From Nautiliaceae bacterium (GTDB lineage: Bacteria; Campylobacterota; Campylobacteria; Campylobacterales; Nautiliaceae), in contig JBDONT010000008.1 of the NCBI GenBank assembly GCA_039831155.1, positions 1 through 64,000 of the forward strand: a stretch of DNA of 64,000 nucleotides, read 5' to 3'. Numbering within the stretch: position 1 is the stretch's first letter; every line of letters begins with the position of its first letter. A program made the translations under genes and the position numbers. The notes under the pieces are model-generated. The model was not told the DNA's origin, did no database searches, and was given only the letters and a program-made list of their open reading frames with translations. Of the stretch, positions 59,506 through 64,000 are shown in pieces.

Positions 59506-60290
59506 TAGAGATAATATCAATTGCAAATCAAAAAGGTGGGGTCGGAAAAACTACGACTGCAGTTAATTTGGCGGCATCCATAGCTTTAACGGAAAGAAAA
59601 GTATTGCTTATAGACGCAGACCCTCAGGCAAACGCCACGTCTTCTTTGGGGTTTTTAAGAAATGATTATGAGTATAGTTTGTATCACGTTTTAATCGGCA
59701 GTAAAGATATAAACGATACTATTTTAAAAACACTCATTCCCACACTTCATTTAGTTCCGTCTAATATAGGACTTGCCGGAATAGAAAAAGAGAGTGAATT
59801 TTTGGATAAAAAAGAATTGACGTTAAAAGAGAGAATTAAGGATTTAAAAGAGGATTATGATTATATTATAATCGACACTCCTCCAATGCTCGGTACTATT
59901 ACTATAAATTCTTTAAGTGCGAGTGACAGTGTGATAATCCCTATTCAAACGGAATTTTTCGCACTTGAGGGACTGGCTCAACTTTTAAATACTATTAAAC
60001 TTGTTCAAAGAACAAAAAATCCTAAATTAAAAATTAAAGGCTTACTGCCTACTATGTTTACAAAAACAAACAATCTCTCAAAACAGGTTTTTCAGGATTT
60101 GATTAACCACTATTCCGATAGACTTTTTAAAAATAAAGAAAGTGGTAAGTATATTTATATTCCTAGAAATGTAAGACTTGCCGAAGCTCCGAGCTTTGGA
60201 AAACCGGTTGTTTTATACGATATTAAAAGTTCGGGAGCAAAAGCTTATGAACTACTTGCAAAAACAATAATCGAGGATGTTGAGAAATGA
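59502..60290 (+). CDS. parA: chromosome partitioning ATPase ParA/Soj
   Basis: NQKGGVGKTTT, DADPQANAT, IPRNVRLAEAPSFG. Confidence 0.97.
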   Translation: MIEIISIANQKGGVGKTTTAVNLAASIALTERKVLLIDADPQANATSSLGFLRNDYEYSLYHVLIGSKDINDTILKTLIPTLHLVPSNIGLAGIEKESEFLDKKELTLKERIKDLKEDYDYIIIDTPPMLGTITINSLSASDSVIIPIQTEFFALEGLAQLLNTIKLVQRTKNPKLKIKGLLPTMFTKTNNLSKQVFQDLINHYSDRLFKNKESGKYIYIPRNVRLAEAPSFGKPVVLYDIKSSGAKAYELLAKTIIEDVEK

Positions 60291-61126
60291 AAAGATTAGG
60301 AAGAGGTTTAAGCTCTATTTTAGAGGATGTTGAAGCCGGATATTTAAAAGATTTACCGGCTCAAGGCATTCAAGAAATTGATGTTGCTAAAATTAAGAGA
60401 AACCCTTATCAGCCACGTAGAGAATTTGATGAGGAGTCTTTAAAAGAACTTTCTTTATCTATAAAAAAACACGGTCTTTTGCAGCCTATAGTTGTAATTA
60501 AGGATGAAGACGAATATATTTTGGTTTCCGGAGAGAGAAGGCTTAGGGCTACTAAGCTTTTGGGTGAGAGTAGAATTAAAGCTATTGTAGTTGATTATTC
60601 AAAAGAAGATTTAAGAGAATACGCTTTAATCGAAAATATTCAAAGAGAAGATTTAAATCCTTTGGATATAGCTTTATCTTTGCAAAGTCTTATAAAAGAA
60701 CATAATTATACTCACGAAGAATTAGCAGCCACTATTGCTAAAAGCAGAAGTTATGTTACGAATTTACTCAGAATATTAAATTTGCCTTCTTTTGTACAAG
60801 AAAAAATAAAAGAAAAAATATTGAGTGTAGGGCACGCAAAAGTTTTAGTGGGACTTGATGAAGAGTTATTAAAAAAAGTTGTAAAAGATATAGAAGAGAA
60901 GTCCTTAAGCGTAAGAGAAACTGAAAAATTGATTCAAAAATTAAAATCTCCTAAGAAAAACAAAGAAGAAAGCGAAAAAGAGATAGATAAAAAGCTTATT
61001 GATGTAGTTGAAAAATTTAAAAAAATAGGACTTAAAGTGGAGTTAAGTAACAATTTTATAAAAATTAAGTTTAAAAATGACGAAGATTTGGAAAAATTAG
61101 AAAAACTTTTAAATGTAATCAGTTAA
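60287..61126 (+). CDS. parB: chromosome partitioning protein ParB/Spo0J
   Basis: LGRGL, NPYQPR, GERRLRA, ENIQREDL. Confidence 0.97.
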   Translation: MKRLGRGLSSILEDVEAGYLKDLPAQGIQEIDVAKIKRNPYQPRREFDEESLKELSLSIKKHGLLQPIVVIKDEDEYILVSGERRLRATKLLGESRIKAIVVDYSKEDLREYALIENIQREDLNPLDIALSLQSLIKEHNYTHEELAATIAKSRSYVTNLLRILNLPSFVQEKIKEKILSVGHAKVLVGLDEELLKKVVKDIEEKSLSVRETEKLIQKLKSPKKNKEESEKEIDKKLIDVVEKFKKIGLKVELSNNFIKIKFKNDEDLEKLEKLLNVIS

Positions 61127-61159
61127 ATTTATGTTAAAATTTCAAAAAAAGGAGAATTA

Positions 61160-61585
61160 ATGCTTGACCTAAATTTAGGTGTGATGTTAATTGAGGCCGG
61201 TATTTTTTTAGTAACGTTAATCTTGCTAAAGATGTGGCTTTTCGATCCGTTAGTAAAATTTATGGATGAAAGAGAAGAGAAGTTAAGAAAATTAGCAGAG
61301 ATGGCTGAAGCTAATACCGAAGATTCTAAAGAATTGGAAAGAGAAATTGAAGAAGTTTTAGCAAAAGCAAAAAAAGAAGCTAAAGCTATCAGGGACGAAG
61401 CCAGAGCTAAAGCTATTGCCGAAGCAAATGAAATGAAAGCTAAAAGATTAGCTGAAATTGAAGCGGCAAAAGAGCAGTTGGCAAAAGAGATTCAAGCTGA
61501 AAAAGAGAAAATCTTAGCGGAACTTTTATCATCTAAAGATGAAGTTAAAAACCTTGTGGAAAATAAAATAAGGAATGCGGCATGA
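61160..61585 (+). CDS. atpF': F0 ATP synthase subunit b'
   Basis: N-terminal TM then coiled coil; first gene of the atp block after parB. Confidence 0.9.
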   Translation: MLDLNLGVMLIEAGIFLVTLILLKMWLFDPLVKFMDEREEKLRKLAEMAEANTEDSKELEREIEEVLAKAKKEAKAIRDEARAKAIAEANEMKAKRLAEIEAAKEQLAKEIQAEKEKILAELLSSKDEVKNLVENKIRNAA

Positions 61586-62085
61586 AAAAGATTTTCTTAT
61601 TGGGATTGATGAGTGTAGCTTTATTTGCTAGTGAAGCTGCTATGAGTGGCGGAACCGATATTGTTGCTAGAACGGTTAACTTTTTAATTTTCGTTGCTAT
61701 TTTATGGTATTTAGTAGGGAACAAAGTAATAGCTTTTTTTAGAAACAGAAAAGAGGAAATTGCTACTAAATTCCAAGAAGTTGAAAATAGATTAAAAGAA
61801 GCTAAGCTTAAAAAAGAGGAATTAAACGCAAAACTTGAAGAGGCTAAAGCTAAAGCGAAAGAAATAATCGAAGATGCGACACAAGAGGCGGAGCATATTT
61901 ATAATACTATAATCGCTCAAGCTAAAGAAGAATTGGTTTTAATGGAAAAACATTTTGAAGAAGTTAAAATCGCTGAAATTAAAAAAGCGAAAAGAGAAGC
62001 GGTCAAAGCGTTTCTTGAAGATGTATTAAAAGATGTGCATCTATCAAGTGAAGATGCCGCTAAACTTGTATTAAAGGTAGCGTAA
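61582..62085 (+). CDS. atpF: F0 ATP synthase subunit b
   Basis: TDIVARTVNFLIFVAILWY plus coiled coil. Confidence 0.92.
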   Translation: MKKIFLLGLMSVALFASEAAMSGGTDIVARTVNFLIFVAILWYLVGNKVIAFFRNRKEEIATKFQEVENRLKEAKLKKEELNAKLEEAKAKAKEIIEDATQEAEHIYNTIIAQAKEELVLMEKHFEEVKIAEIKKAKREAVKAFLEDVLKDVHLSSEDAAKLVLKVA

Positions 62086-62600
62086 TGGTGGTTGAAAAAT
62101 ATACAAAAGCTTTTTTATCGTCACTTAGTGAAGAAGAGATTACTCCGGCTTATGAAGCAATTGCAAGAATTGCTTTGGTTGCAAAAGACCCTAAATTTAC
62201 ATTAATAGTAAAATCTCCTCTAATGAGTATAGATGAGAAAATTAAAATTTTAGCTGAAATTGCAGAATATGACAATCCTAAGTTTTTAAATTTTCTAAGA
62301 ATTGTTCTTGAAAATAAAAGAGAAGATTTATTCAAAGAAATTCATACATCTTTATATGAAAAAGTAGCAAGATACTTTAATACGTATGGAGGTGTAGTTG
62401 AAGGTAAAATCAGTGAAGAGACTTTAAAAGAGATTGAAAATAAACTTTCTCAGAAATTTAATGCGACTATTAAACTTCAGTTAAAAGAGAAAGATATAAA
62501 CGGTATTAAAGTGTTTGTAGATATTTTAAACGTTGAAGTTGCAATTAGTGAAGAAAAAATAAAAACCGATTTAATAAACGATATTTTAAAAGCAATCTAA
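62085..62600 (+). CDS. atpH: F1 ATP synthase subunit delta
   Basis: KYTKAF, SPL...EK, NFLRIVLENKR; between atpF and atpA. Confidence 0.92.
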   Translation: MVVEKYTKAFLSSLSEEEITPAYEAIARIALVAKDPKFTLIVKSPLMSIDEKIKILAEIAEYDNPKFLNFLRIVLENKREDLFKEIHTSLYEKVARYFNTYGGVVEGKISEETLKEIENKLSQKFNATIKLQLKEKDINGIKVFVDILNVEVAISEEKIKTDLINDILKAI

Positions 62601-62615
62601 AAGAAAGGAGTATAA

Positions 62616-64000
62616 GTGGTACAAGAAATCACTTCGATAATCAAGGAAAGAATTGAGAACTACGACTTAAAAGTGGACGTAGAAGAAGTTGGTAAAGTAA
62701 TTTACTCAGCTGACGGTATTGCAAAGGTTTACGGTCTTACGAATGTAATGGCCGGTGAAATGGTTGAGTTTGAAACAGGTGAAAAAGGTTTGGTATTTAA
62801 CCTTGAAGCTGATAATGTAGGGGTTGTTGTACTTGGAAAAGGTACTGATATTACCGAGGGAAGTTCAGTAAAAAGACTTGGAAAACTGATTTCAGTACCG
62901 GTTGGTGAATCTTTAATCGGAAGAGTTGTAAACGCACTTGGTGAACCAATTGATGGGAAAGGTCCTATTGAAGCTACTGAATACAGATACGTAGAAGAAA
63001 AAGCACCTGGAATTATGGCGAGAAAATCTGTTCATGAGCCACTTCAAACAGGTATTAAAGCAATTGACGCACTTGTTCCAATCGGAAGAGGGCAAAGAGA
63101 GCTTATTATTGGGGATAGACAAACAGGTAAAACAACTGTTGCACTTGATACAATTTTAAATCAAAAAAATGAAGATGTAATTTGTATTTACGTTGCCGTA
63201 GGTCAAAAACAGTCAACTGTTGCAAATATCGTAAGAATTCTTGAAGAACACGGTGCAATGGATTATACAATCGTTGTAAACGCAAGTGCTTCTGAAGCTG
63301 CTTCACTTAAATTCTTAGCACCGTATGCCGGTGTTACAATGGGTGAATACTTCAGAGATAACGGAAGACACGCACTAATCGTTTACGATGATTTAAGTAA
63401 ACACGCAGATGCATACAGAGAAATGTCATTACTTCTAAGAAGACCTCCGGGAAGAGAAGCATATCCGGGAGACGTATTCTATCTACATAGTAGATTACTT
63501 GAAAGAGCTGCAAAACTTAACGACGAACTTGGTGCGGGAAGTTTAACGGCTTTACCGATTATTGAAACAAAAGGTGGGGACGTTGCAGCATACATCCCGA
63601 CAAACGTAATTTCAATTACTGACGGACAAATTTTCCTTGAAACTAATCTTTTCAACAAAGGTATCAGACCGGCAATTAACGTAGGTCTTTCGGTATCAAG
63701 GGTTGGGGGTGCCGCTCAAATTAAAGCTATGAAACAAGTTGCGGGTAACCTAAGACTTGACCTTGCACAATTTAGAGAACTTGAAGCGTTTGCTCAATTT
63801 GCAAGTGACCTTGACGAAGCAAGTAGAAAACAACTAGAAAGAGGACAAAGACTTGTTGAAATTTTAAAACAACCGGCGTATTCTCCTTTACCGGTAGAAA
63901 AACAGGTTGTAATTATTTATGCGGGAACTAGAGGATATTTGGATGATATCAATACTAAATCCATTAGAAAATTTGAAGACGAACTATATCCGTTTATTGA
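62616..64000 (+). CDS. atpA: F1 ATP synthase subunit alpha (3' end outside the window)
   Basis: GTG at 62616 after [49 protein letters not shown] read from the DNA. Confidence 0.98.
   Translation, partial: MVQEITSIIKERIENYDLKVDVEEVGKVIYSADGIAKVYGLTNVMAGEMVEFETGEKGLVFNLEADNVGVVVLGKGTDITEGSSVKRLGKLISVPVGESLIGRVVNALGEPIDGKGPIEATEYRYVEEKAPGIMARKSVHEPLQTGIKAIDALVPIGRGQRELIIGDRQTGKTTVALDTILNQKNEDVICIYVAVGQKQSTVANIVRILEEHGAMDYTIVVNASASEAASLKFLAPYAGVTMGEYFRDNGRHALIVYDDLSKHADAYREMSLLLRRPPGREAYPGDVFYLHSRLLERAAKLNDELGAGSLTALPIIETKGGDVAAYIPTNVISITDGQIFLETNLFNKGIRPAINVGLSVSRVGGAAQIKAMKQVAGNLRLDLAQFRELEAFAQFASDLDEASRKQLERGQRLVEILKQPAYSPLPVEKQVVIIYAGTRGYLDDINTKSIRKFEDELYPFI

Noticed and set aside
59502..61126. 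parAB as a plasmid or ICE partition module
   Set aside because: Sits in the conserved fmt-birA-parA-parB-atpF' chromosomal order of Campylobacterota
2346..63306. Many 60-125 aa ORFs nested in or antisense to clear genes (e.g. 25663-26037, 30124-30474, 42710-43084, 62913-63122)
   Set aside because: Fully overlap well-supported housekeeping CDSs and have the S/F/I-rich composition typical of reverse-frame artefacts

Overview
AT-rich chromosomal window from a Campylobacterota (epsilonproteobacterium). Gene order (recA-eno-ftsB, mqnD-fliQ-murB, HP0268-miaB, fmt-birA-parAB-atpF'FHA) and protein style suggest Nautiliaceae; this assignment is an inference. The window is mostly core genome: por operon, corA, eptA-dgkA with a two-component system, tsaD, rpsU, pyrG, recJ, miaB, nusA, murB/D, mraY, recA, eno, fab/acc, uvrA, fliN/O/Q, mnmG, pho/pst, parAB, the start of the atp operon and tRNA-Phe. 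Accessory or odd elements are: an IS3-family end disrupting a trkA-like gene; solitary nuclease genes (GIY-YIG, Uma2 and an antitoxin-less MazF/PemK with an N-terminal extension); a di-heme peroxidase-like gene coupled to a membrane-anchored GGDEF-EAL sensor; a structured corA leader able to occlude its RBS; an OmpR regulator with a ~40-aa insertion; a PstC with an Asp-rich loop; a minimal soluble PhoR; PilMNO-like genes; two further pseudogenes; an unlisted 36-aa membrane ORF; and two repeat-built intergenic hairpins. No CRISPR array, rRNA or prophage was seen. All calls come from reading motifs by eye; no database search was run.
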